From assembly GCA_036379435.1 (NCBI GenBank), contig DASVGS010000024.1, forward strand, positions 1 to 26,939: a stretch of 26,939 nt of DNA. Direction: 5' to 3'. Below the pieces are notes generated by a model. The model did no database searches and was not told the origin of the DNA. It worked only from the letters and a program-made list of their open reading frames with translations. The stretch comes from Ignavibacteriaceae bacterium. Its GTDB lineage: Bacteria; Bacteroidota; Ignavibacteria; Ignavibacteriales; Ignavibacteriaceae. Position 1 is the first letter of the stretch; each line of letters opens with the position of its first letter. Made by a program: the position numbers and the translations under genes. Shown here in pieces: positions 7,739 to 17,469 of the stretch.

Positions 7739-8587
7739 TTATGGATTAATTATATTTGAATAAAGTAATATTAATATTAAAACTCCAAGTGCAATTCTGT
7801 AAAAGATAAAAATAAAAGTCGAGTTCTTTTTTAAGAACTTCAATAAAAAATCTATTGCAAGATAACCGCTTACAGCTGAGACCAATGTTGCTGTAATTAA
7901 GTTAATTGTTAAATCATAATTTATATATTTTAAAGATTCCGCCAATTGAAGTAATCCGCTAGCAAGAACAGCGGGCACACTTAATAAAAAAGAAAATCTC
8001 GCTGCAACATCTCGCTTTAATCCAAGAAATAATCCGCCTGTAATTGTAGTACCGGATCGTGATGAACCGGGAATTAATGCTACAACCTGTGCAAATCCAA
8101 TCAGAATAGAATCCAATACTGTTATGTCTTCCATATTTTTTTTGAACTTTGCAGTTTTTTCTGCCAGGGCAAGAATAACTGCAAGCACAATAAGACTGCC
8201 GCTAATTACATAAAGATCTTTGGTTAAGGCTCCTTCAATAATATCTTTAAATAATAAACCAATAATTACAATAGGAATGGTACCTAAAATTATTAACCAT
8301 CCAAGTTTTGAGTTTAAAGACTGTTCAGAATACTTTATTCTTCTTTGTACATTTTGTTTTAAAAATTCATTAAAAATATTCCAAAGATCTTTCCAGAAAT
8401 AAATCAGGACTGAAAGCATCGTCCCCAACTGGATAACCGCCATAAATGAAGTCCAATGTTCAGGATTTTTATCTGAAATTAAACCCATAAATTTTCCGGC
8501 AAGAGTTAAATGCCCTGTGCTGCTGATTGGAAGAAACTCAGTTAGCCCCTGAATAATTCCTAAAATAATAGCTTCAATTAAGCTCAA
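7739..8587 (-). CDS. uppP: Undecaprenyl-diphosphatase (BacA)
   Basis: 282 aa with GIIQGLTEFLPISSTGHL and ALIPGSSRSGTT motifs. TTG start with SD AAGGAG. Confidence 0.97.
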   Translation of the reverse strand: MSLIEAIILGIIQGLTEFLPISSTGHLTLAGKFMGLISDKNPEHWTSFMAVIQLGTMLSVLIYFWKDLWNIFNEFLKQNVQRRIKYSEQSLNSKLGWLIILGTIPIVIIGLLFKDIIEGALTKDLYVISGSLIVLAVILALAEKTAKFKKNMEDITVLDSILIGFAQVVALIPGSSRSGTTITGGLFLGLKRDVAARFSFLLSVPAVLASGLLQLAESLKYINYDLTINLITATLVSAVSGYLAIDFLLKFLKKNSTFIFIFYRIALGVLILILLYSNIINP

Positions 8588-8596
8588 TCAAACTCC

Positions 8597-9229
8597 TTAA
8601 AATTGATATGAAATTCCCAGCCGTATGCCGACTGAAAGTGAATTAAAGTTAACATCGCCAATTGTATTGCCATCTATTGTTGGAGAAGTTTCACTAATTA
8701 CATCATAACGGATATCAGCGCCAATATGTGCAAAAACATTTTCTGCAATTGATGTGTTTCCCACAGCCCGTAAAATAAATCCATATCCTATTTTAGAATA
8801 ACCATAATTATTGGGATCACCGGGTAATTTTTCTGTAATTGATAAAACCCTTACTCCGGCGCCACCACCAAATTTAAAATTATATCCCGTACCGGTTAAT
8901 ACATAATTATACAAAACAGAAGGCATTATTAATGAGTATGTCAGATCGTATGTGCCACCCGTTAAATTAAAGTTATGTGAATTGAGCAAATATCCAAGTT
9001 CAATTTCTAATTGGCTGTTTGGTCCCATCATTCTTCCATAAGAACCAGAAAAATTAATGGCGGAACTAAAATCACTTAATCTTTCCTGATTAATTACTTC
9101 AAGATAATTTTTCAATTTTGGAACGCTTACAAAATCAATTCCCATCGAAGCTCTTACTTCATTTGGATTTTGTGCGAAACTAATAGCCGACAGGACAACA
9201 ACTATTAAAAATGTAAGTGAACTCTTCAT
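8597..9229 (-). CDS. Uncharacterised outer-membrane beta-barrel protein
   Basis: Sec signal (MKSSLTFLIVVVLSAISFA|Q), alternating Gly/aromatic amphipathic strands and terminal beta-signal VGIRLGISYQF. ATG at 9229 is preferred; the alternative is TTG at 9238. Confidence 0.75.
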   Translation of the reverse strand: MKSSLTFLIVVVLSAISFAQNPNEVRASMGIDFVSVPKLKNYLEVINQERLSDFSSAINFSGSYGRMMGPNSQLEIELGYLLNSHNFNLTGGTYDLTYSLIMPSVLYNYVLTGTGYNFKFGGGAGVRVLSITEKLPGDPNNYGYSKIGYGFILRAVGNTSIAENVFAHIGADIRYDVISETSPTIDGNTIGDVNFNSLSVGIRLGISYQF

Positions 9230-9234
9230 AATTT

Positions 9235-10281
9235 TCAAATTTCCGTTTCTACAACATCAAGTAAATTTTCTTTTTGCTTGTTAACAATAAAGAACATAAA
9301 TAATGCTGTTATAATAAATATAATGTATCCGATAATATGGGTTAAAAATGCATATGCAACACTAATTGTTTCATTAAATCCAAATATTAATACTAATGTT
9401 GATTTTGCAAGTGTGTGATAAGATCCTGTACTGCCCGGAGTTGGTATAATTACACCAATTGCACTAATGCTCATAATAATCCACCCCATTGCAAAAGTAA
9501 CGGGCTGGAAATTTTGCATATCAAGCATCAATAATCCGGCGTATGAACCGAATGCATAAATAATTATTATTGCCACAGTCCAGAAAATTGTCCAAAAATA
9601 ATTTTTTACACCTTTTAAACTTGCAAAACCTTCAGCCAGCATTGTAAAGATATAAGCAAGTCTTTGAGCCAGTTTAAGCGAAACTTTTCCAACAATTCTA
9701 ATAATTATTTCAGAAAATTTTTCGCGGGATTTTAATATCAGCCAAAGTATTAAAATTGCCAGAACAATAATTCCACCCATTATATACAATGAGGAAATCA
9801 GCCATGGAAATTTATCTGATAAACTTACACTTGTCATAAACAACGCAATAATTATAGAACCACCCATCGAGATTATATCAATAATTCTTTCCAGTATAAC
9901 TGTTCCAAACATTGATGAGCGTGACAATCCTTCCCATTTACCAATAAGTACAGCTCGCGTAACTTCTCCAAGTTTGGGTGTAACGCAATTTACCCCATAC
10001 CCAACCATAAGTGCGCCAAAAAGATTTTTCATCGAAGTGTTTGATTTAACGGAATTGAGTATGTATTTCCATCTAACAGCCCGGAAATAATGGCCAATCA
10101 TAGTAACCAGTACAAAGATAAACACCCAAAATAAATTTGCATGAGATACAATTTTTAGTACTTCACCAAAATCAACATTATAAAATGCAATGTAAAGAAA
10201 AACAACTGTTAGTATGATAGAAATACCATAGTTAACAATTGTTCCTACTTTTCCAAATTTACTTTTTTTATCTAAGGTCAA
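9235..10281 (-). CDS. UPF0104/YbhN-like (lysylphosphatidylglycerol-synthase TM region, flippase-like) membrane protein
   Basis: 348 aa polytopic protein with FRAVRWKYIL, GYGVNCVTPKLGEVTRA, ILERIIDII and IPTPGSTGSYH motifs. TTG start overlaps the lolA end by 14 nt. Confidence 0.85.
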   Translation of the reverse strand: MTLDKKSKFGKVGTIVNYGISIILTVVFLYIAFYNVDFGEVLKIVSHANLFWVFIFVLVTMIGHYFRAVRWKYILNSVKSNTSMKNLFGALMVGYGVNCVTPKLGEVTRAVLIGKWEGLSRSSMFGTVILERIIDIISMGGSIIIALFMTSVSLSDKFPWLISSLYIMGGIIVLAILILWLILKSREKFSEIIIRIVGKVSLKLAQRLAYIFTMLAEGFASLKGVKNYFWTIFWTVAIIIIYAFGSYAGLLMLDMQNFQPVTFAMGWIIMSISAIGVIIPTPGSTGSYHTLAKSTLVLIFGFNETISVAYAFLTHIIGYIIFIITALFMFFIVNKQKENLLDVVETEI

Positions 10282-10864
10282 CTACAGTTGTTCCTTCCGG
10301 TGCTGTAAATGAAAATTGTGAATCAGGTAATTTCTGATTGAGTTTATAATTTGAAAAAGAAACATCCATAGTTCCGGTTGCAGGATTTGAAACAATTACT
10401 CTATCTATCAAATTTTCTTTAGATATATAAAGTTTTACTTCACCAAGGCTGTTGCGTTTAGATTTGGGGGTCAAAACCAATATCTGCTGGCTTCCTTCAG
10501 ACAATAAATTTAAATTACATTCTGTTGGATACTTATAAACAAGGTAATTTATAGAAAACAATCCTGAGCCTGCTTCATCATAATTATTAATGATTACTTT
10601 ATTATCCTTTTTACTATAGTTCCATGTTGTCTCACCATTTGCAATGATAGTTTGCTTACCAATTTCAACTCTAAGGTTATTGTCCTTCTTAAAAAGTAAC
10701 TTACCATTTCCGGTCAATCTTCCACCGGATTTTTGTACAATATCCGCACTAATATCCGAGATTGAATCAAATTTATTTTGCAATGATTTAAGCACGCTTT
10801 CGGCAGTTTGTGCAAAGGTAAATGTTGAAGCAATAAAGAATAGAAGACTAATAAATATTTTCAT
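10268..10864 (-). CDS. lolA: Outer-membrane lipoprotein carrier protein LolA
   Basis: 198 aa with signal peptide, G.G.LLFKKDNNLRVE, IIANGETTWNY and C-terminal FSFTAPEGTTVVDLR. Canonical position after ftsK. Confidence 0.85.
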   Translation of the reverse strand: MKIFISLLFFIASTFTFAQTAESVLKSLQNKFDSISDISADIVQKSGGRLTGNGKLLFKKDNNLRVEIGKQTIIANGETTWNYSKKDNKVIINNYDEAGSGLFSINYLVYKYPTECNLNLLSEGSQQILVLTPKSKRNSLGEVKLYISKENLIDRVIVSNPATGTMDVSFSNYKLNQKLPDSQFSFTAPEGTTVVDLR

Positions 10865-10904
10865 TTTAAACTCTTATTATCTAAAAAATAGTTTAATGTT
10901 TGGA

Positions 10905-13376
10905 CTAAAGATTACGCAGAATTGTTTCAAGTTGTTCCTCGTTCTCAACTAAAACAGAACGGGCTTTACTTCCATCATTTGGTCCAACAATACCAGCCTC
11001 TTCAAGTTGATCTACAATTCGTGCCGCACGCGAATATCCCAATTTCAATCTTCGCTGAAGCAAAGATACTGATCCCTGCTGATGCCGGACAATCACTTTT
11101 GCAGCATCCTCAAACATTGGATCAAGATCAGATGAAACACCGCCTGAGGAATCTTTCTTCTTTTCATATAACGATGGCAGAAAATATGGTTTTGAATATG
11201 CCGGCTGGCTGTAAACATAGTTTGTAATTTTTTCAACTTCTTCAGTTGAGATAAATGCATTCTGCACTCTTATCGGTTTAGGTGAGCCGGTCGGAAGAAA
11301 TAGCATATCACCTCTGCCCAGCAATTGTTCTGCACCGTTCATATCAAGGATTGTACGTGAATCAATTTTTGTCGCAACCTGGTAAGCAATCCTTGAACTG
11401 AAATTTGCTTTTATAACTCCTGTTATAACATTAACCGAAGGACGCTGAGTAGCTAGTACAAGATGAATACCAACAGCACGTGCAAGTTGAGCAAGCCTTG
11501 TTATCGGTTCTTCAACTTCTTTTCCTGCAGTTATCATTAAGTCTGCAAGCTCATCAACAATTACAATTATATACGGTATCGGGTGATGTTTTATTTTATC
11601 AGTATCGTGCGGTCTTGTTTTGGGATCTTTAACTTTTTTATTGTAATCAACAATATTTCTTACTCCCGCTTTTGCAAGTTTATCGTATCTTCTTTCCATT
11701 TCATATTCAACACTCTTAAGCATAAGCACTGCATTTTGCGGACTCGTAATAATTTCTTCATCAAGATCAGGAGAAACCGCCAAATAATGTTTACGAAGTT
11801 TATTGTAGAATGAAAGCTCAATTTTTTTAGGATCGACCATTGTAAACTTAACTTCTGATGGATGTTTTGTATAAAGCAAACTGCCAACAATCATATTTAT
11901 GCCAACGCTTTTACCGGAACCAGTTGATCCGGCAATTAATAAATGCGGCATCTTTGCAAGATCAGCAACATAAACATCTCCGCTTATTGTTTTACCAAGA
12001 GCAAGCGGCAGCTCTGCATCAGATTCATTTATTCTGCCAATTACGGCACGCGCATTTACAAGTGATGCTTTTGCATTTGGAATTTCAACACCAATAGCAC
12101 CTTTACCAGGAATTGGTGCAATGATTCTTATTCCACGTGCGGCAAGTGCAAGTGCAATATCATTTTCCAATCCTACAATCTTACTAATTTTTACTCCAGG
12201 CGCTGGAACAATTTCGTACAATGTAACAACCGGACCTGGTGTAACGGATATATCTTTTATTTCAATATCAAAAAGTTTTAATTTTTCTTTAAGAAGTTCG
12301 GCATTATGAGTTAACTCTTCTTCAGCAACCTGATAATTTTCTTCTGGTGCAGGATCAAGCAAATCAAGTCCCGGCATTTTATATTCAATGTTTTCTTCCC
12401 ACTGATTCGGAAGTTTTTGTTCTAATTCCGCTTCGGTTTTTTCTTTCTTCTCAGGTAACTCACCGGTTTTTTCGATATCAACTTTTTTAACTTCTTCATT
12501 TAAAACTTCATTTTCAGCTGCTGAAACAGGCACGTCATCTTTACGGATTATTCTTATTCGTGTTTGCTCTTCGGCTTCTTTTTCCATTAATTCACTAACG
12601 GATAGTTCTTCTGATAATTCTTTCCCTTTTTTCTTCTTTTTATCAATACTTAATTTTTTGATTTTATCAAGATTTTCTTTTTCCTTTTCATCGATTACAC
12701 CAATATCTTTTTTACTTTCTGCTTCAGCTTCCTCATCATCAGATGTTATCATTTCCTTAAAGAAATTAATAATACTTTCAATATTTATATCCAGCGCAAA
12801 TATCAGCAGAGTTATAAATGAACCGAAAAGGATCAGTATACTGCCTATACCTCCTACCAATCCGCTAATAAATTTTCCAAGATGATCCCCGATAAATCCG
12901 GATAATTCATACGTTGATAAAAACAATCCGTAATTTTCATGCAGCACCCCGAAAAATGTAGCAAACAGAATTGAGCTTATTAAGAGAAAGTTGGAAACAT
13001 GAAGTCTGAATTTAAAATCAATTTTTTTGAAAAATGATATTCCCCACAAAAAGAGCACAATAGGAATTGTGATTGAAAAATAACCGAATGTAGCTTTGAT
13101 TAAAAACATTGCAAAATGAGCACCGGCAACACCCAGCCAGTTTTGTACATCCAGTTTTTGGTCAAACGAGGTAAAAAAATCAGAAAAGAAATTTTTTAGA
13201 TTTGCTTCGTCACGTCTATCAAAAGTGATTACACTTAAAAACAATATAACAGATATTATCAGCAGGAATATTCCAAAAATCTGTTTCTTATTTTCGGGCG
13301 TTAAAATAAAATAGTTTTTGCTCGAAGCTTTTTTACCATTTTTTTCTTTTACGCTTTTTTTCTTTTTAAGTGCCAT
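10905..13376 (-). CDS. ftsK: DNA translocase FtsK/SpoIIIE
   Basis: 823 aa with N-terminal TM domain, HLLIAGSTGSGKS (Walker A), IVDELADLM (Walker B), LATQRPS and the gamma domain SVSLLQRRLKLGYSRAARIVDQLE. Confidence 0.97.
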   Translation of the reverse strand: MALKKKKSVKEKNGKKASSKNYFILTPENKKQIFGIFLLIISVILFLSVITFDRRDEANLKNFFSDFFTSFDQKLDVQNWLGVAGAHFAMFLIKATFGYFSITIPIVLFLWGISFFKKIDFKFRLHVSNFLLISSILFATFFGVLHENYGLFLSTYELSGFIGDHLGKFISGLVGGIGSILILFGSFITLLIFALDINIESIINFFKEMITSDDEEAEAESKKDIGVIDEKEKENLDKIKKLSIDKKKKKGKELSEELSVSELMEKEAEEQTRIRIIRKDDVPVSAAENEVLNEEVKKVDIEKTGELPEKKEKTEAELEQKLPNQWEENIEYKMPGLDLLDPAPEENYQVAEEELTHNAELLKEKLKLFDIEIKDISVTPGPVVTLYEIVPAPGVKISKIVGLENDIALALAARGIRIIAPIPGKGAIGVEIPNAKASLVNARAVIGRINESDAELPLALGKTISGDVYVADLAKMPHLLIAGSTGSGKSVGINMIVGSLLYTKHPSEVKFTMVDPKKIELSFYNKLRKHYLAVSPDLDEEIITSPQNAVLMLKSVEYEMERRYDKLAKAGVRNIVDYNKKVKDPKTRPHDTDKIKHHPIPYIIVIVDELADLMITAGKEVEEPITRLAQLARAVGIHLVLATQRPSVNVITGVIKANFSSRIAYQVATKIDSRTILDMNGAEQLLGRGDMLFLPTGSPKPIRVQNAFISTEEVEKITNYVYSQPAYSKPYFLPSLYEKKKDSSGGVSSDLDPMFEDAAKVIVRHQQGSVSLLQRRLKLGYSRAARIVDQLEEAGIVGPNDGSKARSVLVENEEQLETILRNL

Positions 13377-13397
13377 CTAAAATTTTTATTAAAACAA

Positions 13398-14126
13398 TTA
13401 ATTAAGTTTCAGTTTTTTCAATACTCCGTTTGCATAAGCAGGTATCGCATCAATTACATCGATGGAACTGCAATATTCAAGATCAGCATCGAATCCATTT
13501 TCAAGCAAAATTTTTCCGTGATCAGATTCCTTCATCATCTTTATTAAGTTGCTGCCATACTTTTCGTACAAGGTTAGAACCGCCGTTCCGGAATCATTTA
13601 GATACGAATTCTCATTAACTTTTTTAAGTTTAGATATTAACATTCCCGCACAAATAGAATCTTCGATAGAGAAATAATTATTTCTTCCGGCACATACAAT
13701 TTCAACATCAGTATTTAAACTTATAAGATGTTTTGCCACGGCACTGATATTTAAGAAAGAACAGGTGAATAAATTTTCTGAATACTTTGCTTTTGCAATA
13801 GACTTAGTACCGTTTGTAGTGTAAAACACAATTGTTTTTCCTTCAACAATATCTTTTGAATATTCAAAAGGTGAATTACCAAGAGCAAAGCCTTCTATTT
13901 TCTTTGTGTTTCTTTCACCACCGAGTAAAATTTGTCCGCCAAACATTCCGCCGGATACTTTTACAGCAAATTCAACACTTGCAACAGGTACAACTTCTTT
14001 TGCCCCGTTATTAATTGCAGTTACAATTGTTGAAGTTGCACGAAGTACATCAATAACAACAGTAGTTTTACCTGTAAAGTAAAGTTCATCAACAATTACA
14101 GGTGAAAGAAATACATTTAACTTCAT
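13398..14126 (-). CDS. comB: 2-phosphosulfolactate phosphatase (ComB)-family phosphatase
   Basis: 242 aa with VVIDVLRATSTI, GGER, GNSPFEY, TTNGT and EDSICAG motifs. The family is clear; the physiological substrate is not. Confidence 0.88.
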   Translation of the reverse strand: MKLNVFLSPVIVDELYFTGKTTVVIDVLRATSTIVTAINNGAKEVVPVASVEFAVKVSGGMFGGQILLGGERNTKKIEGFALGNSPFEYSKDIVEGKTIVFYTTNGTKSIAKAKYSENLFTCSFLNISAVAKHLISLNTDVEIVCAGRNNYFSIEDSICAGMLISKLKKVNENSYLNDSGTAVLTLYEKYGSNLIKMMKESDHGKILLENGFDADLEYCSSIDVIDAIPAYANGVLKKLKLN

Positions 14127-14133
14127 ATATAAT

Positions 14134-15216
14134 TTATCTTTTTACAAATGGCAGTTTAACAACATTTGCCGGGACTTCTTTCCCTCTAATTAAAAAATTA
14201 ATCTCAGAACCTATTTCACTGTATTTTGTTTCTACATAACCTAATGCAATTGGTCTATCTAACATTGGGCTTACGGTACCACTGGTTACTGTACCAATTT
14301 TAGTATTATTTAATGAAATGTCATATCCATGTCTTGGAAAGATTTTTTCTTCAGAAGTTATTGCAACCAGTTTTCTATTAAGTCCATTTTCTTTTGCTTT
14401 TAATAATGCATCCTTACCAACAAAATCAGGCTTTGAAAGTTTTGTGATCCAACCCAACCCTGCTTCTAATGGATTTGTCGTCTGATCAATATCATTTCCA
14501 TAAAGACAGAAACCCATTTCTAATCTAAGAGAATCTCTTGCTGCTAATCCAACCGGTTGAATATCAAATTCTTTTCCTGCTTCAAATATTTTATTCCACA
14601 AATTTTCTGCAGTTTTTTCATCTCCGGTAAAATAAAGCTCATAACCAAGCTCGCCAGTATAACCAGTTCTGGAAAATATCATATCAATACCAGCTAAGTT
14701 GATCTTTTCAAAATGATAGTACTCTAAACTTATTTTTGTATCTGTAAGTTTTTGCAGAGTTTTAAGTGAGTTTGGACCCTGAACCGCAAGCAATGAAAAT
14801 TCATCACTTCGATTTGATAATTGAACACCGAATTTGTTATTCTTCTGCATCCAGGCAAAATCTTTTTCAATGTTAGAAGCATTAATCACTAATAAAAATT
14901 CATCCTGCGCAATTCTGTAAACCAGCAGATCATCAACAATACCGCCGTCTTCATAACACATTGCTGAGTATTGTACCCTTCCGGGAAAAAGTTTTGAAGC
15001 ATCATTAACGGTTATGTCCTGCACAAAATCCAGAGCCTTTTCTCCCTTTACAAACACTTCACCCATATGTGATACATCAAAAACTCCGACTGAATTTCTT
15101 ACTGACTTATGTTCTGCAATAATTGATGAATATTGGATAGGCATTTCATATCCCGCGAACTCAACAATTTTAGCGCCTAATTTTTTATGAATATTATAGA
15201 AAGTCGTGCGTTTCAT
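14134..15216 (-). CDS. gcvT: Glycine cleavage system aminomethyltransferase
   Basis: 360 aa with FAGYEMPIQY, GVFDVSHMGE, SRTGYTGELGYE and GLAARDSLRLEMG. Confidence 0.97.
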   Translation of the reverse strand: MKRTTFYNIHKKLGAKIVEFAGYEMPIQYSSIIAEHKSVRNSVGVFDVSHMGEVFVKGEKALDFVQDITVNDASKLFPGRVQYSAMCYEDGGIVDDLLVYRIAQDEFLLVINASNIEKDFAWMQKNNKFGVQLSNRSDEFSLLAVQGPNSLKTLQKLTDTKISLEYYHFEKINLAGIDMIFSRTGYTGELGYELYFTGDEKTAENLWNKIFEAGKEFDIQPVGLAARDSLRLEMGFCLYGNDIDQTTNPLEAGLGWITKLSKPDFVGKDALLKAKENGLNRKLVAITSEEKIFPRHGYDISLNNTKIGTVTSGTVSPMLDRPIALGYVETKYSEIGSEINFLIRGKEVPANVVKLPFVKR

Positions 15217-15241
15217 TTTTTATTCCATATATATTAATAAT

Positions 15242-15889
15242 TTATTTGCTTTGAGATTTTTTCCAATCACTTAAGAATTTTTCCAGCCCGATATCTGTAA
15301 GAGGATGATTAAATAATTTATCAATTACAGAAAACGGCATTGTACAAACATCGGCACCCATTAAAGCGGCTTCAACCAGATGCAGCGGATGTCTTACACT
15401 TGCAACAAGTACTTCTGTTTTGTAATTATAATTTTTATAAATCTGCACTATCTGTGAGATCAACTCCATTCCATCATGACTTATATCATCAAGCCGGCCA
15501 ACGAAAGGACTTATATATGTTGCACCTGCTTTTGCGGCAAGCAATGCCTGTGATGCTGAAAAACAAAGCGTAACATTAGTTTTAATGTTTTCAGATTTTA
15601 ATGTTCGGACAGCTTTCAGCCCTTCTTTAATTAAAGGAACTTTTACAACAATATTCTTATGAATTTTAGAAAGTTCGTGAGCTTCTTTTAATATTCCATC
15701 ATAATCAGTAGAAACAACTTCGGCACTTACGGGTCCATCTACAATAGCCAGAATTTCATCCAGTAATTTTCTAAAATCTTTTCCTTCTTTAGAAACTAAT
15801 GATGGATTGGTGGTAACTCCATCAAGAATACCGAGAGCAGCAGCTTCTTTAATTTCATTTATGTTTGCAGTATCGATAAAAAATTTCAT
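15242..15889 (-). CDS. tal: Transaldolase (small TalC/FSA-family subtype)
   Basis: 215 aa with DGVTTNPSL and Schiff-base K83 (VVKVP). E57 (SAEV) and F129 (SPFVGR) are the transaldolase-type residues, not the FSA-type Q/Y. Confidence 0.9.
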   Translation of the reverse strand: MKFFIDTANINEIKEAAALGILDGVTTNPSLVSKEGKDFRKLLDEILAIVDGPVSAEVVSTDYDGILKEAHELSKIHKNIVVKVPLIKEGLKAVRTLKSENIKTNVTLCFSASQALLAAKAGATYISPFVGRLDDISHDGMELISQIVQIYKNYNYKTEVLVASVRHPLHLVEAALMGADVCTMPFSVIDKLFNHPLTDIGLEKFLSDWKKSQSK

Positions 15890-15903
15890 AACACAACTCC
15901 TTT

Positions 15904-17469
15904 TTACTTAAACTTTTCTGTTAGATCAGTACCATTTTTCTTTGAGAAAAATCTAAACTTACCCATTGGTATGCTGGTATCTTCTTCTATGCGTAATCTA
16001 ACTAAATATTTTATTTGTATCCTTGTAAACTTTTTGTCCTGTAATCTTGTTGCATCCGATGGATGGCATTTGATGATCAGGCTGAATTCTCGTGAAAATC
16101 TTCTAAATCTCTTTAACCAATCTTCAATATCATAAACAAGATGTGATTCTTTTGTAATAAATCCCGAGCCGCCGCAAACCGGACAAGCTTCTTTCATTGC
16201 CTGCATAATATTCTGGCGTATTCTTTGTCTTGTTATTTGCACCAACCCAAAATCACTCATAGGCAGCACAGAAACTTTAGAACGATCTCTTCGGAATTCT
16301 TTTTTTAATTCGTCATATATTTTTTTTCTGTTTTTATCTTCTTCAAGATCTATAAAATCGATAACTATTATTCCGCCAATATCTCTTAAACGCAATTGTC
16401 TTGCAATTTCCCTCGATGCCTCAAGATCGGTTTTAAGTGAATTGAGTTCTTGTTCTTTGCTTTTTGCATAACGTCCGCTGTTAACATCAATAACAACCAT
16501 TGCCTCGGTATGTTCAATTATAAGATAACCACCGCTGGGAAGTGGAACTTTTCTTCCCATCAATGTATTGATTTGCGTTTCAATCTTAAATTCATCAAAG
16601 ATGGATGATGAAGATTTATACAGCTCTATCTTTTCTAAAAGATTTGGCTGTACTAATTGAACATAACTTTTAATTTGTTTGTAAAGTTTTTTGGAATCTA
16701 CAAATACTTTTGAAATGTCCGGAGTTAGCAAGTCACGAATAACACTGTCGGTTGTGCTTAGATCCTGATGGACAAGAGTTGGTGGTTCTTCACTTTTTGC
16801 TGCTGTCTCAATAGTCTTCCAGGTTTTTACAAGATTATTCAGATCTTCTTTAACAGCATCCTCTGCCTGATCTTTTGCAACTGTACGTATTATTAATCCA
16901 TAATTGGGAGGTAAAATTCCACGGGCAATATTTCTTAATCTTCTTCGCTCTTTATAATCAGATATTTTTTTTGAAATGCCTATTTTATTATCAAAAGGAA
17001 GGAGAACACAAAATCTACCGGGCAAAGAAACCGAAGAAGTAACACGTACACCCTTATTATTAACGGGTTCTTTGGTTATTTGTACTAATATTTCTTCCCC
17101 CTTGCGCAGTTTTGTAATTGATGGTAATGGATTTGGTGGAGTACCATTTCCATTTGAACGATTTGTTTTGTTTGAATCTTCATCATCTGAATCTTCAACA
17201 TCCGAATCTTCTTCGCCGAGCATATCCTGAAACTGTTTTGTCCGATCTCCAATATCTGAAAAGTGCAAAAATGCATCATGCTTCATTCCGATATCGATAA
17301 ATGCGGCTCTTATCCCGGGCAGTACCCTGGCAACTCTTCCAAGATAAATATCCCCAACCATTCTCCTGTTTTCAGGATAGTCAACAAAAAAGTCGGCTAG
17401 ATCTCCATCTTCTGTAATTGCAACACGTGTTTGGTTGGAAGATGAATTGATTATAATTTCTTTTATCAT
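15904..17469 (-). CDS. rng: Ribonuclease E/G family endoribonuclease (RNase G-sized, no C-terminal scaffold)
   Basis: 521 aa with S1 domain ([16 protein letters not shown]), catalytic IDVNSG and IVIDFID, and Zn-link CPVCGG. Confidence 0.93.
   Translation of the reverse strand: MIKEIIINSSSNQTRVAITEDGDLADFFVDYPENRRMVGDIYLGRVARVLPGIRAAFIDIGMKHDAFLHFSDIGDRTKQFQDMLGEEDSDVEDSDDEDSNKTNRSNGNGTPPNPLPSITKLRKGEEILVQITKEPVNNKGVRVTSSVSLPGRFCVLLPFDNKIGISKKISDYKERRRLRNIARGILPPNYGLIIRTVAKDQAEDAVKEDLNNLVKTWKTIETAAKSEEPPTLVHQDLSTTDSVIRDLLTPDISKVFVDSKKLYKQIKSYVQLVQPNLLEKIELYKSSSSIFDEFKIETQINTLMGRKVPLPSGGYLIIEHTEAMVVIDVNSGRYAKSKEQELNSLKTDLEASREIARQLRLRDIGGIIVIDFIDLEEDKNRKKIYDELKKEFRRDRSKVSVLPMSDFGLVQITRQRIRQNIMQAMKEACPVCGGSGFITKESHLVYDIEDWLKRFRRFSREFSLIIKCHPSDATRLQDKKFTRIQIKYLVRLRIEEDTSIPMGKFRFFSKKNGTDLTEKFK

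Noticed and set aside
15217-15241. Possible glycine riboswitch before gcvT
   Set aside because: The gap is only 25 nt, too short for an aptamer, and gcvT appears to be mid-operon.
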